Positions 8,498 to 17,841 of a stretch of 64,000 bases of DNA are shown piece by piece. A model generated the notes under the pieces. That model had not been told where the DNA came from and ran no database searches. It was given only the letters and a program-made list of their open reading frames with translations. Made by a program: the position numbers and the translations under genes. How positions within the stretch are numbered: position 1 is the stretch's first letter; the number at the start of each line of letters is the position of its first letter. The DNA is from Planctomycetota bacterium (GTDB lineage Bacteria; Planctomycetota; SZUA-567; H5-PLA8), in contig JBBRPR010000010.1 of assembly GCA_038227875.1 (NCBI GenBank), positions 32,001 to 96,000 of the forward strand, in the 5' to 3' direction.

Positions 8498-10069
8498 ATG
8501 CGTTCGTCGTTGTTTTTCGTCGCTCTTATCCTGATGATCCCGGTGGTTGCGCAGGCCGGCCAGGGCGAAGATCTGCGCGCTGAAGTCGACAAACTTCGCA
8601 CGGAAATCGGCAAACGGGAAGCGTCCTCCGCGTCATCGTCCCCCATCGGCCGTACGGAAAGCGCGTTGGACAGCAGGTACGGTCCTGACGCCACAGTGAC
8701 GACGAAATCCGCCAAGTTGACGGTGGGCGGGTTGACGCAGGTTTGGTATCAGTCGATTCAGAACGACCACACAGGCATTGTCCGTCCCGGGGGCAATAAT
8801 GCCCTGCCCGACAAAGAACCCAACGGGCTGAACGACCGCGACACGTTTCGAATCCGGCGGACGGAAATCCGATTTGATGCGGCCATTTCAGAGAACATCA
8901 CCGGCTTTGTCATGATTTCACCCACGCGGGACGGCGGTATCACGTATCAGCCCGTACCGACTTTCGCGTTGCACAACGAAATCGTGTCCAACCCGATGCT
9001 GGCTTCCGGATCGGGATTGCAGTTGGGCGATGTCATCATTCCGCGCCTGCTGCAGGATGCGTACATCAATTTTCACGGTGTGATTCCGCACCATGATTTC
9101 ACCATTGGCCAATTCAAACCGCCGGCGGGTGAAGAGTCCTGGCGCAACAGCGGGCAGCTCGATTTTGTGGAACGGGCGATGGTCAATTACATCAACAATG
9201 TTCACGATGTGGGCGTGATGGTTCACGGCGACTGGCTCAGTGGCCGGCTGCAATACTGGGCAGGTGCCTTCAACGGTTCCAATTCGTATCTGATCGACCC
9301 CGAGCTGTTCGAAGGCGGAAACCGCACGGACAGCAACGACCAGAAGGACATCGCCGAACGCATTGCCGTCAATCCCGTCTGGAGCACCGACAAATGGTAC
9401 GGCCGATTGCAGTTGGGCGGGAGCCGCACCGACGGACTGCACGGTGAGTCCGGCCAGGGCTACGATCTAACTCTGGCGACCAATGGGTTGAACCGCCAGC
9501 GCACCTGGGTCAACCGCAATGCCGCCTGGATCTGGTACCGGCCGAACGGCACAGCCAAGGGTTTATGGGTGCGCGGTGAATGGGGAAGCGAGCACGACCG
9601 CTACGATCCGTTTTTCCGCACCAACCTGCTGAATCTCGGCTCGGCCGCAGGATTTCCGCTGACCTATCCCAACGGTGACACCTTCAGCTCGGCCGGACAA
9701 TCACATCCGGCGCCAGTAACGCTCGCGGGGTACTTCGGCGCGGTGGGCTACAAGCTCTCCGACAGCGTGTTCTCGGAGCGTCTCAAAAACTGCGACGGAC
9801 TGCTGGGGCGGTTCCTGATCAATATGGAATTCGCCTTTCGTTTCGAGTCCTATCAAAACGTAGCCTCCGAATCGCTCACCAATCCCGACCGGGCGACAGA
9901 TCTGTTTGAAACGCGCGTCTTTACGTCGGGAGTCAACTATTACATCAAGGGTCACGATGCCAAGATTCAGATCAATTACGATCACGTCATGGACCCGCAG
10001 AACCGGAACCGCGGGATTCATTCCTACAAGAACGACGTGCTTGTGGTGAATTTTCAACTGATGTTCTAA
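8498..10069 (+). CDS. outer-membrane porin (phosphate-selective porin O/P-like), paralogue 1
   Basis: Signal peptide, short coiled coil, TF.IRR.E, DAYINF, GQFKPP.GEE...S..LDFVERA, GVNYY, terminal Phe (FQLMF). Confidence 0.85.
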   Translation: MRSSLFFVALILMIPVVAQAGQGEDLRAEVDKLRTEIGKREASSASSSPIGRTESALDSRYGPDATVTTKSAKLTVGGLTQVWYQSIQNDHTGIVRPGGNNALPDKEPNGLNDRDTFRIRRTEIRFDAAISENITGFVMISPTRDGGITYQPVPTFALHNEIVSNPMLASGSGLQLGDVIIPRLLQDAYINFHGVIPHHDFTIGQFKPPAGEESWRNSGQLDFVERAMVNYINNVHDVGVMVHGDWLSGRLQYWAGAFNGSNSYLIDPELFEGGNRTDSNDQKDIAERIAVNPVWSTDKWYGRLQLGGSRTDGLHGESGQGYDLTLATNGLNRQRTWVNRNAAWIWYRPNGTAKGLWVRGEWGSEHDRYDPFFRTNLLNLGSAAGFPLTYPNGDTFSSAGQSHPAPVTLAGYFGAVGYKLSDSVFSERLKNCDGLLGRFLINMEFAFRFESYQNVASESLTNPDRATDLFETRVFTSGVNYYIKGHDAKIQINYDHVMDPQNRNRGIHSYKNDVLVVNFQLMF

Positions 10070-10129
10070 AACCGACACGACGATCCAGTGCTCAAAAAGG
10101 CACAGGGGCATTTTCCTGTCGAATCGACG

Positions 10130-10158
10130 TTGACAAGGTGTTTACCTGGCTTTAGGGT
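10130..10158 (+). promoter_or_regulatory. putative sigma70-type promoter of porin 2
   Basis: TTGACA-N17-TAGGGT; GGAGG RBS downstream. Confidence 0.55.
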
Positions 10159-10206
10159 ATCGCGACTTCCATACATAAATGTTGTGCATAACCGGAGGGA
10201 GTTCTA

Positions 10207-11784
10207 ATGTCGCGTATTTTGGTGGCGTTGTTGGCCGCTTTAACATTGAGTGTGAGTGTTGGCCTTGCCCACGCCGCGCAGGTTGAAGATTTGCGCGCCG
10301 AGGTCGAGAAGCTGCGCGCTGAAATCGGCAAACGCGAAGCCGATCCGGCCGCGCCCGTGGCCCGCGCGGAGTCGATCCTGGACAGCCGTTACGGTCCCAA
10401 CGCCAAAGTCACTACCAAGAACGGCAAGCTGACGATTGGCGGATTGGTGCAGGTCTGGTATCAGTCGATCCAGAATGACCACACCGGCGTCGTCCGCCCG
10501 GGTGGCATGAACGCGCTGCCGGACAAGGAACCCAACGGTCTCAACGACCGCGACACGTTCCGCGTTCGCCGCACGGAAATGCGCTTCAACATCGACATCA
10601 CTGAAAACGTCAACGGCTTTATCCTTCTCGATCCGAGCCGCGAAGGAAACATCACCTTTACGCCAGTTCCGACCTTTCCGCTGCACAATGCCGTGCTGAC
10701 CAACGCGCGCCTGGCCACGGGCTCCGGACAGCAGGCCGGCAACAGCATCATCCCCCAGCTCCTTCAGGACGCATACATTAATTATCACGGCGTGATTCCG
10801 CACCACGATATCACGGTCGGTCAGTTCAAGCCGCCGTCAGGTGAAGAAGCGTGGCGCAACAGCGGCCAGCTCGACTTCGTCGAACGCGCGATGGTGACCA
10901 GCATTAACAACGTCCGCGACATTGGCGTCATGGTTCACGGGTCCTGGATCGACGGCCGCGTACAGTACTGGGTCGGTGCGTTCAACGGTCCGGACGGCAC
11001 GGTGCTGACCGACCCCGAAATCGTCGAAGGCGGAAACCGCGTCGACACCAACGATCAGAAAGACATCGCCGAACGCATCGCGGTCAATCCGGTCTGGAGC
11101 ACGGAAAAGTGGTACGGCCGCGTGCAGGTGGGTGGCGCCCGGACCGATGGCGTGCATGGTGAATCCGGCCAGGGCTTCGATCTGACCCGCGCCGTCAACG
11201 GCATCAATCGCGAACGCACGTGGATCAGCCGCAGTGCCGCCTGGATCTGGTACCGCCCGAACGGCGTGGCCAAGGGCATGTGGGTGCGCGCAGAATACGG
11301 CAACCAGCACGACCGCTACGATCCGCGCTTCCGCACCAATCTGTTGAATCTCGGTTCAGCCTCCGGCTTCCCGCTGGTCTACCCGAACGGCGATGCGTTC
11401 AGCTCCGCCGGTCAGGCTGCGCCCACGGCGATCACCGCTTCCGGTTACTATGCCGCTGTCGGCTACAAGCTCTCCGAAAGCATCTTCGCCGAACGCCTGA
11501 AGAACTGCAGCGGTTTCGTGGGCAAGTTCCTCCACGACATGGAATTCGCCTTCCGCTTCGAAGCCTATGATAACGTTGCGGCCGAATCGATCACCAACCC
11601 GGATCGCAACACGGATCTGTTCCAGACGAAGGTGTTCACCTCCGGCATCAACTACTACATCAAGGGCCACGATGCCAAGATCCAGTTGAACTACGATCAC
11701 GTGGAAGACCCGCAGAATCAGAACCGCGGCATCCACTCCTTCAAGAACGACGTCTTCGTGGCGAACTTCCAGTTGATGTTCTAA
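10207..11784 (+). CDS. outer-membrane porin (phosphate-selective porin O/P-like), paralogue 2
   Basis: Colinear and highly similar to 8498-10069, with the same motifs and terminal FQLMF. Confidence 0.85.
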   Translation: MSRILVALLAALTLSVSVGLAHAAQVEDLRAEVEKLRAEIGKREADPAAPVARAESILDSRYGPNAKVTTKNGKLTIGGLVQVWYQSIQNDHTGVVRPGGMNALPDKEPNGLNDRDTFRVRRTEMRFNIDITENVNGFILLDPSREGNITFTPVPTFPLHNAVLTNARLATGSGQQAGNSIIPQLLQDAYINYHGVIPHHDITVGQFKPPSGEEAWRNSGQLDFVERAMVTSINNVRDIGVMVHGSWIDGRVQYWVGAFNGPDGTVLTDPEIVEGGNRVDTNDQKDIAERIAVNPVWSTEKWYGRVQVGGARTDGVHGESGQGFDLTRAVNGINRERTWISRSAAWIWYRPNGVAKGMWVRAEYGNQHDRYDPRFRTNLLNLGSASGFPLVYPNGDAFSSAGQAAPTAITASGYYAAVGYKLSESIFAERLKNCSGFVGKFLHDMEFAFRFEAYDNVAAESITNPDRNTDLFQTKVFTSGINYYIKGHDAKIQLNYDHVEDPQNQNRGIHSFKNDVFVANFQLMF

Positions 11785-11806
11785 GCCAGGACGGACGGGT
11801 AAAATT

Positions 11807-11849
11807 AAACGGGGTGCAAGGCTGACGCTTTTGCACCCCGTTTTGTTTT
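11807..11849 (+). terminator. intrinsic terminator after the porin pair
   Basis: AAACGGGGTGCAA...TTGCACCCCGTTTTGTTTT. Confidence 0.8.
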
Positions 11850-11852
11850 AGG

Positions 11853-12090
11853 AACCGATGGGATCGGGCGAACGTCCGAACAGACGGCATCGGGGATCGG
11901 GCGAACGTTCGAACAGATGGCATCGGGGATCGGGCATCAGGCATCGGTCATTGGGTGCGAGCGGCTGGCTCAATATGTACCGCTGCAAATGGTACGCGCG
12001 GCAACTTCCCGCGAGGGGTGGGTGAGCGGACGCGGGGAACGTCGCACCGATTAACGAATGCCCGATGCCCGATCCCCGATGCCATCGGTT
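11853..12090. repeat. inverted-repeat element built of GGGCATC/GGGGATC heptamers, with a 33-bp tandem duplication in the left arm
   Basis: 33-bp units at 11860-11892 and 11893-11925; 11916-11944 is near-complementary to 12058-12086. Confidence 0.8.
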
Positions 12091-12105
12091 ACCGTACCGC
12101 CCGCC

Positions 12106-13005
12106 TCACTCCTTCTCATACACCCGCACGTAGTCGATCAAAAACTTCTGCGGGAGGATCGCGTCGTCGACGCCCTTCGCGCCGCCCCAGCCGCCGCCGA
12201 TCGCGAAGTTCAGGATCAGGAACTGCGGCTTGTCGTACGGCCACGTGTCGACATTACCTTTGCCGTCGTTCTCAAAAGAGAAGACCTTCTTTTCGTCGAA
12301 GAGGAACGTGATTTCTTTTTTCGTCCATTCGATCGCGTAGACGTGGAAGTCGTCGAAGGGCTTCACGGCTTCTTCGCGGTGGCCCTTGGCGGTGTGTTTG
12401 ACGTGGTTGAACGCTTCGGTGTGAACGGTGGTATGAATGCCGTTGGGATCGAAGCCGACGTTCTCGAGAATGTCGATCTCACCGCACTTCGGCCAGCTGA
12501 CCTGATGGATGTTGGTGCCGAGCATCCAGATCGCCGGCCACGTGCCGCGTCCCGTGGGGATTTTCGCGCGGACTTCGAAGCGGCCGTAGGTCCAGCTCAC
12601 CGTTTTTTCCGTGGTCACACTGGCCGAGGTAACGTCCGCAAACTCGCGCGAATGATTCCACTCCTTGGAGTTCTTGTCGAATTTGGCGTTGGGCAGTCGT
12701 TCCTTGCGGGCTTCGATCACCAGGTTTCCGCCCTCGATGCGCGCGTTCTCGGAGCGGTCGGTGTAGTACTGCGTTTCACCGTTGCGGATGAACCCGGTTT
12801 CGAAGCCCCATTTTTTAGGATCGGGCGCGCCGTCCTTGTCGAACTCATCGTTCCAGACCAACTTCCAGCCGGGGCGCGCGGTGTTCTTGGGATCCGGCGA
12901 CGGGGCTGCGACTGCTGGCTTCTCTGCGTCGGCGGCCTGCGCCACCGCGCCCGAATTCCACAGCAGTGCCACGGCCGCCAGTAAGCCGACGTATCGAAAC
13001 ATCAT
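12106..13005 (-). CDS. glycoside hydrolase family 16 (laminarinase-like), secreted
   Basis: Signal peptide, WKLVWNDEF, YGRFEVRAK.P.GRGTWPAIWMLG, catalytic GEIDILE, FHVYAIEW, IDYVRVY. Confidence 0.93.
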   Translation of the reverse strand: MMFRYVGLLAAVALLWNSGAVAQAADAEKPAVAAPSPDPKNTARPGWKLVWNDEFDKDGAPDPKKWGFETGFIRNGETQYYTDRSENARIEGGNLVIEARKERLPNAKFDKNSKEWNHSREFADVTSASVTTEKTVSWTYGRFEVRAKIPTGRGTWPAIWMLGTNIHQVSWPKCGEIDILENVGFDPNGIHTTVHTEAFNHVKHTAKGHREEAVKPFDDFHVYAIEWTKKEITFLFDEKKVFSFENDGKGNVDTWPYDKPQFLILNFAIGGGWGGAKGVDDAILPQKFLIDYVRVYEKE

Positions 13006-13015
13006 GCATGCCTCC

Positions 13016-14422
13016 TTAAACGTACTCCAACATCGGTCCGACAGCGCTGTTCACACCGGCAACGGGCAGGGCAAGGGCAGGGGGAGTTATGGGTACCGCC
13101 AGGCGCCGGGCCTGTCCCGTATAAAAACGCGCGGCAAGGATAATTAAAAATCCGTCGAACGGAATGCGATACCGCGGTTCGCCCATCGTTAGAAAAACTG
13201 TGACAATCAGGCCCAGCACCGGAAGAAAGACGAACAGATCGCCGAACGCCGCGGGCTTCAACGTCAGCATCGCCCGCCAGTGTCTGGAGAAGTAAATAAA
13301 GATGGGGATCAGGATCACGACCAGGAAGATGTGCTGAAACGTCATCACCCAGCGCCGATCGCTCGTGCTGCACGTCGGCCAGGGCAACGATCCGTAAAAC
13401 GTATCGAAGACGTGATCGAACGAGAGCTGGATGCTTTCGCCTTTGTGTCTGTAAATCCATTTCCATGCCACCTGCATGATCTGATCGCTGTCGTACACGC
13501 CAAAGGCATACACCGACTTTCCGTCGTTTCCGCGCTCAACATGCGTGGGATTGTAGGAATTAAAATACCAATTGCGCTTATCGTCGTTGAAAAAGAGATT
13601 GCCATAGTGGCCATGGTGTCCCGTCAGGAACATCAGCGCGCCGTTGGTGGAGAGCAGCACCGGCCGGTTCTCGTTCAAGCGCGTGACGTGTACGGCCACC
13701 GGCAGCATCACCGCCGACGCCGCCAGCAGCGCCGCGCCCTGAATCAGCAGGATGCGTTTACGCTGGCGTTTCCAGAAGATGCAAATCAGGAACACGCTCA
13801 TCAGTGCCGCGGGCATCAGCGCCTGGCCTTTAAATTCCGCGCTCACCGCGAAGGCCAGGCCGGACAGAACCCCCCAGCCGATGGCTCTGCGCGTGGTACT
13901 GGTCAGCAGCGCACGCAGCAGCGCGGCGAGACTCAGCAACATCAACAGCGTGAACGGCGTCTCGGCCATGAAGTAGCCGGTGTAATCGATGAACGGAAAC
14001 CAGAGGCTCGCGAGAATCAAACTCAGCCACGCCACCCGCGTGTCAAAGAGCGTCCGCGCGAGGTACGCAATCAGCATCGGAACGGCCAGCGCCATCAGCC
14101 ACTGCAACGTCAGCATCAGTTGCCAGGATGGATCCAGCGCGTACGTGGCCGCGAGCAAGTAGCCGGTCGCGGGCGGATAGAGCGTGTCGTAGATGGTGCC
14201 GGGATAGCCGGGTTCAAGCAGGCGCTTGGCGTAGTCCACGTACCAGGCCATGTCGCTGTAGACATAGTCAGTCGGCGGGTGCGCGTAGAAAATCCAATAG
14301 TAGCGCCAGATCGCGCCGACGAGGTACGCCAGGACACCCAATCGCGCCCAGCGCACGCGGGCGCGGACCTCGGCCGGAGAACTCTCAGCCGCGGATGTTG
14401 GGCTTGGCGCATCCGTCAGCAA
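13016..14422 (-). CDS. GT-C fold glycosyltransferase (ArnT/PMT, family 39-like) membrane protein
   Basis: Multiple TM helices, SD...Y...A, YPP, E..F motif, C-terminal PRYR.P. Confidence 0.8.
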   Translation of the reverse strand: MLTDAPSPTSAAESSPAEVRARVRWARLGVLAYLVGAIWRYYWIFYAHPPTDYVYSDMAWYVDYAKRLLEPGYPGTIYDTLYPPATGYLLAATYALDPSWQLMLTLQWLMALAVPMLIAYLARTLFDTRVAWLSLILASLWFPFIDYTGYFMAETPFTLLMLLSLAALLRALLTSTTRRAIGWGVLSGLAFAVSAEFKGQALMPAALMSVFLICIFWKRQRKRILLIQGAALLAASAVMLPVAVHVTRLNENRPVLLSTNGALMFLTGHHGHYGNLFFNDDKRNWYFNSYNPTHVERGNDGKSVYAFGVYDSDQIMQVAWKWIYRHKGESIQLSFDHVFDTFYGSLPWPTCSTSDRRWVMTFQHIFLVVILIPIFIYFSRHWRAMLTLKPAAFGDLFVFLPVLGLIVTVFLTMGEPRYRIPFDGFLIILAARFYTGQARRLAVPITPPALALPVAGVNSAVGPMLEYV

Positions 14423-14443
14423 ACGTTTCCAATCCTTGGTTTC

Positions 14444-15526
14444 TTACTTCTGGAAGATCGGAAGATACCGGTACGGCAGGCAGAGAATCAGCGTGCCGAT
14501 CGCCGTCGAATAGGTGCTGCCCACGTCGCCGCGCCAGGCGCCATCGGCGCTCTGGGATGAGAGCAGCTTGTCGCGCATCGCGGTGAAGTAGTGCGACCAG
14601 TAATCGCCGCCGATCTGGAACATCGCCTGCGAGCCGTAGAAATTCGTGTACACGTCGTGGTAGCCGGCGGTGCGGCGCGGGTCGAGATTCTTCTTCAGGA
14701 AATCGCAGGCGTGGCCCGCTTCCTTGGCGTTGTAGGCACCAGCCATCATGAACACTTCCGCGCCGGCGGCCGTCAACGCGATTGACGAGGTTCCGCCCGA
14801 GAGCGAGTAGCGGATGCCGCCGTCGGAATTCTGCGACTTGTGGAGATACTCGATGGCGTTCTTCATCACTTTTTCCGGCACATCGATCCCCGCGTTGCGC
14901 GCGCTGCGCAAGCCTTGCACCTGCGTGACGGTCACGGAGCCTTCGTCCGCGCCGGAATTCGGCGAGTAGTACCAGCCGCCGTTGTTCGACTGCGATTGCT
15001 GCGTCAGCTTCACCGCCTTGGTCAGCGCGGTTTTGATGCGTTCGTTGACTTCCTGCGACGGCGACATGCCGTAGGCTTCGCCCAGGAACGTCATGGCAAA
15101 ACCGTGGCCGTACATCTGCTGTCCGTCGGCGCCGGAATCGATCAGGCCGTTGTTCTGCTGGTGCTTCAACACGTATTCAATCGCGCGTGACACATTGACG
15201 CCGTACTTGCCGCGGTCGGGCGTGTGTCCGGCCGAGAGAAACGCCAAACCCGCCAGTCCCGTCATGGCCATCGGGTACTGACCTGAGGAGCCTTCGTTGC
15301 CCCACGAACCTTCGCGCGACTGATTTTTCGCCAGCCAGGCGAGCGCTTTTTCGACCGACTCTTCCAGCTTGGGCGTGATTTCAACGAAGTCCGCGATCGG
15401 CGCCGGGCCGGCATCTTCAGCGGCGGCAGCGCGCGCCGGGGCCGCGATCAAGAGTAGTCCGGATAACATTACTGCGAGTAATATCTTACGATTGTGTATT
15501 GAGTTGCGGATCGAGAAGGTGGCCAC
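14444..15526 (-). CDS. prenyltransferase/squalene-oxidase repeat (alpha/alpha toroid) protein, secreted
   Basis: QW-type repeats WLAKNQ..EGSW, QS.NGGW.Y, SQNSDGG, SQSADGAW; signal peptide. GTG start at 15526 with an AAGGA RBS (ORF track extends to 15637). Confidence 0.85.
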   Translation of the reverse strand: MATFSIRNSIHNRKILLAVMLSGLLLIAAPARAAAAEDAGPAPIADFVEITPKLEESVEKALAWLAKNQSREGSWGNEGSSGQYPMAMTGLAGLAFLSAGHTPDRGKYGVNVSRAIEYVLKHQQNNGLIDSGADGQQMYGHGFAMTFLGEAYGMSPSQEVNERIKTALTKAVKLTQQSQSNNGGWYYSPNSGADEGSVTVTQVQGLRSARNAGIDVPEKVMKNAIEYLHKSQNSDGGIRYSLSGGTSSIALTAAGAEVFMMAGAYNAKEAGHACDFLKKNLDPRRTAGYHDVYTNFYGSQAMFQIGGDYWSHYFTAMRDKLLSSQSADGAWRGDVGSTYSTAIGTLILCLPYRYLPIFQK

Positions 15527-15684
15527 TGTAAAGGGTCCTTTCGGGCATTCAGCCTGCTGTGAATCCGGGCAGTCCGCGGTCGAGCGGGCTGCAACCCAGA
15601 ACCGGAACGAACTCGCTGGGGTCACAGTTGCAATCACTCTACTAACTTAACGCCTAAGCTCACTCATAAAAGCGTGGAATTTAT

Positions 15685-15710
15685 GGAATTTCGTGCACGG
15701 CTATTTGTAT
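15685..15710 (+). promoter_or_regulatory. possible ECF-type (autoregulatory) promoter
   Basis: GGAATT-N15-TGTAT upstream of the ECF sigma gene; only a loose match to ECF -35/-10 patterns. Confidence 0.25.
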
Positions 15711-15770
15711 TCGGGTAGCATAGGGGGCGCGGACTGGCCGAGACCAGTTTTCAGCGCGAGGAGAGTCGAA

Positions 15771-16481
15771 GTGGACCACGCCCCTGCAGCCGACGGAATC
15801 TCCGGATTCCCGAAGGGGGATACGGGACGCCTCAAAGCGTCACCGACGAAGTCAACCCCCCAGGCGCCCAAGGCGACAGACGAGCAGCGACGCGACCAGT
15901 TTGAGTCGCTGGCGTTGCCATTGTTGGACAGGCTCTACGTCACGGCGCTGCGGCTGGTGCGCGAACCGGCCCGCGCGGAGGACATGGTTCAGGAGACATT
16001 CCTTCGCGCCTGGCAGAATTTTGATCGATTTAGCATTGGCACGAATTTTAAGGCATGGATTTTTCAGATCCTGACATATCTGTTCTTGAACGACCGGCGC
16101 AGTGCCAATCGCCGGACAGTGAGTGTGGACTTTACCGAACACGATGTGATTGAAGCACCGGCTCCGGCGGACTCGGCAGCGTCGGAGACCGCAACAGAAG
16201 CGTTTGCCGCGCAGTCGACGACGATCCAGGATTGGGAACGGCTCTACCCCAGTCTGGTCGATGATGGAATGAAGCGGGCGTTGGACCGGCTTCCGGAAGA
16301 ACAACGGGCGGTGTTGCTGCTCGTTACGCTGGCGGAGTTGTCGTACCAGGAATGTGCAGAAATCCTGAATGTGCCGATCGGAACGATCATGTCGCGTTTG
16401 TTCCGCGCCCGTCAGCAGTTGCAAAGTGAACTGACGGAATATGCGCGTGAACGGGGAATGTTGCCCAAGGATTCAAAATAG
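15771..16481 (+). CDS. ECF-type RNA polymerase sigma factor
   Basis: AEDMVQETFLRAW, NFKAW.F.IL, LP...R.V..L....LSY.E.AEIL.VPIGT.MSRL.RAR. GTG start after GAGGAG. Confidence 0.93.
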   Translation: MDHAPAADGISGFPKGDTGRLKASPTKSTPQAPKATDEQRRDQFESLALPLLDRLYVTALRLVREPARAEDMVQETFLRAWQNFDRFSIGTNFKAWIFQILTYLFLNDRRSANRRTVSVDFTEHDVIEAPAPADSAASETATEAFAAQSTTIQDWERLYPSLVDDGMKRALDRLPEEQRAVLLLVTLAELSYQECAEILNVPIGTIMSRLFRARQQLQSELTEYARERGMLPKDSK

Positions 16482-16488
16482 GACTGCG

Positions 16489-17325
16489 ATGAACTGCACT
16501 GAAGCACAAGACCAGTGTCACCCCTACCTGGATCAACAGATGGAGTCGGCACAACGTCACAACGTCGAGCAGCACTTGGAAGCTTGCCCGTGCTGCAAAA
16601 ATGTTTTCGACGCTCAGCGCTCCTTCCTCGGCACGGTTAAGAAACTGGTCCACAGTTGCGGCGCGACCTGCGCGCCGGAAGGTTTCCAATCCCGCATCCG
16701 CGCGGTCCTGGCGAAAGCGCCAACGGAAGTTGAAGTGCAGCCCGTGGCTCGAATCCGTATCGTTCCCGAACCGCGACGGACCTGGCATCTCGGGCCGGCG
16801 ATGGCGGCCGCGGCGAGCATCATGCTGGCGCTCGGTGGTTTGCTGGCCGGACAGATGATGTGCCTGACCGGAGAATGCCCGATCGCGATGGCCGCGGAGC
16901 GCGAACATCAGCGCATCGTCGCTGGCGCGCATCCGGTGCTGGTTTCCAACGACGACCCCAGTCGTCTCAAGGAGGCCATCCGCGAACGGATGAAGGATTT
17001 CCCGGGCCTGCCGAGCCTCTGCAACTGCCATCTCAATCCGGTCAACTGCGGCGTGGTCAAGATCGATGGACTGCCGGAAGGCGCGTTCATTCAATACGCC
17101 GAATGCAAGCACGAAGACGATCCCGTGACGCTGATGGTGATCAACACCTCGGCAATGTCGAAAGCCGAAGTGCTCAACGTCCGCAAGAAGGAATTTCACT
17201 TCGCGATGCGCTCCGACAACAGCGTCGTCTCCTGGCGCTCGGAGAAGGACGGCATGCTGTACATTCTCGTCACCAACAAGCCGATGAAGGAGACGATGGT
17301 AATCGCGGAAGTGGCGAGCCGGTAA
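16489..17325 (+). CDS. zinc-binding (zf-HC2/ZAS) membrane anti-sigma factor
   Basis: MNC......YLD....., HLEACPCC (HxxxCxxC), TM helix AAAASIMLALGG; directly downstream of the ECF sigma. Confidence 0.88.
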   Translation: MNCTEAQDQCHPYLDQQMESAQRHNVEQHLEACPCCKNVFDAQRSFLGTVKKLVHSCGATCAPEGFQSRIRAVLAKAPTEVEVQPVARIRIVPEPRRTWHLGPAMAAAASIMLALGGLLAGQMMCLTGECPIAMAAEREHQRIVAGAHPVLVSNDDPSRLKEAIRERMKDFPGLPSLCNCHLNPVNCGVVKIDGLPEGAFIQYAECKHEDDPVTLMVINTSAMSKAEVLNVRKKEFHFAMRSDNSVVSWRSEKDGMLYILVTNKPMKETMVIAEVASR

Positions 17326-17351
17326 CGCGCAGTTTTGAGTTTTCCAAAATG

Positions 17352-17381
17352 AGGGAGTATGGACAGCTGTCCGTACTCCCT
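17352..17381. repeat. REP-like palindrome family A, copy 1
   Basis: AGGGAGTATGGACAGCTGTCCGTACTCCCT; related copy at 58981. Confidence 0.7.
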
Positions 17382-17467
17382 TCTTATTTTCCTTCCCCGA
17401 AAAGTATTGCTTCCCTCCATTGCAGCGCTAAAACCAAATGTGGTGTTGTGCATCTGGGAGGTTCGCG

Positions 17468-17722
17468 ATGTTGAAACGACTTTCACTTCTCGCACTTTTC
17501 GCAATCTCGGCGCTGGCGCTTTCAGGCTGCCACAACACCGATAGCGACAAGGAAGAAGCCTCCTTCGACACCGTCGGCGAGCAGCATGTCTACGATCTGC
17601 CGAAGAAGGTCGAGCCCACCCGCGTGCTCCCCGTTCACGAATCGCAGCTCATCCAGCGCCATCCGGCCGTGGCGACCCAGACCTACGACCACATCGGCGA
17701 GGAGAACGTCTTCGACAACTAA
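17468..17722 (+). CDS. small putative lipoprotein
   Basis: MLKRLSLLALFAISALALSGC lipobox; GGAGG RBS. Confidence 0.75.
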   Translation: MLKRLSLLALFAISALALSGCHNTDSDKEEASFDTVGEQHVYDLPKKVEPTRVLPVHESQLIQRHPAVATQTYDHIGEENVFDN

Positions 17723-17746
17723 CCTTTGTGCCTTTGGGCACAAAGG
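17723..17746. repeat. REP-like palindrome family B, copy 1
   Basis: CCTTTGTGCCTTTGGGCACAAAGG; exact reverse complement at 38780-38803. Confidence 0.75.
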
Positions 17747-17755
17747 TTCGCCGCC

Positions 17756-17786
17756 AAGCCCGGCCCCTGCGCCGGGCTTTTTCGTT
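17756..17786 (+). terminator. intrinsic terminator
   Basis: AAGCCCGGC-CCCTGC-GCCGGGCTTTTT. Confidence 0.75.
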
Positions 17787-17841
17787 TAAAATCACGCCGT
17801 GGCTCTAATCCCGGTCCAACCGGGGCAAACCCTTTCCGCCG

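Noticed and set aside
11860..11925. 33-bp direct repeats as a possible CRISPR array
   Set aside because: The repeats are directly adjacent with no spacers, and there are no cas genes.
14444..15526. Squalene-hopene cyclase
   Set aside because: About half the expected length, secreted, and lacking the DxDD catalytic motif.
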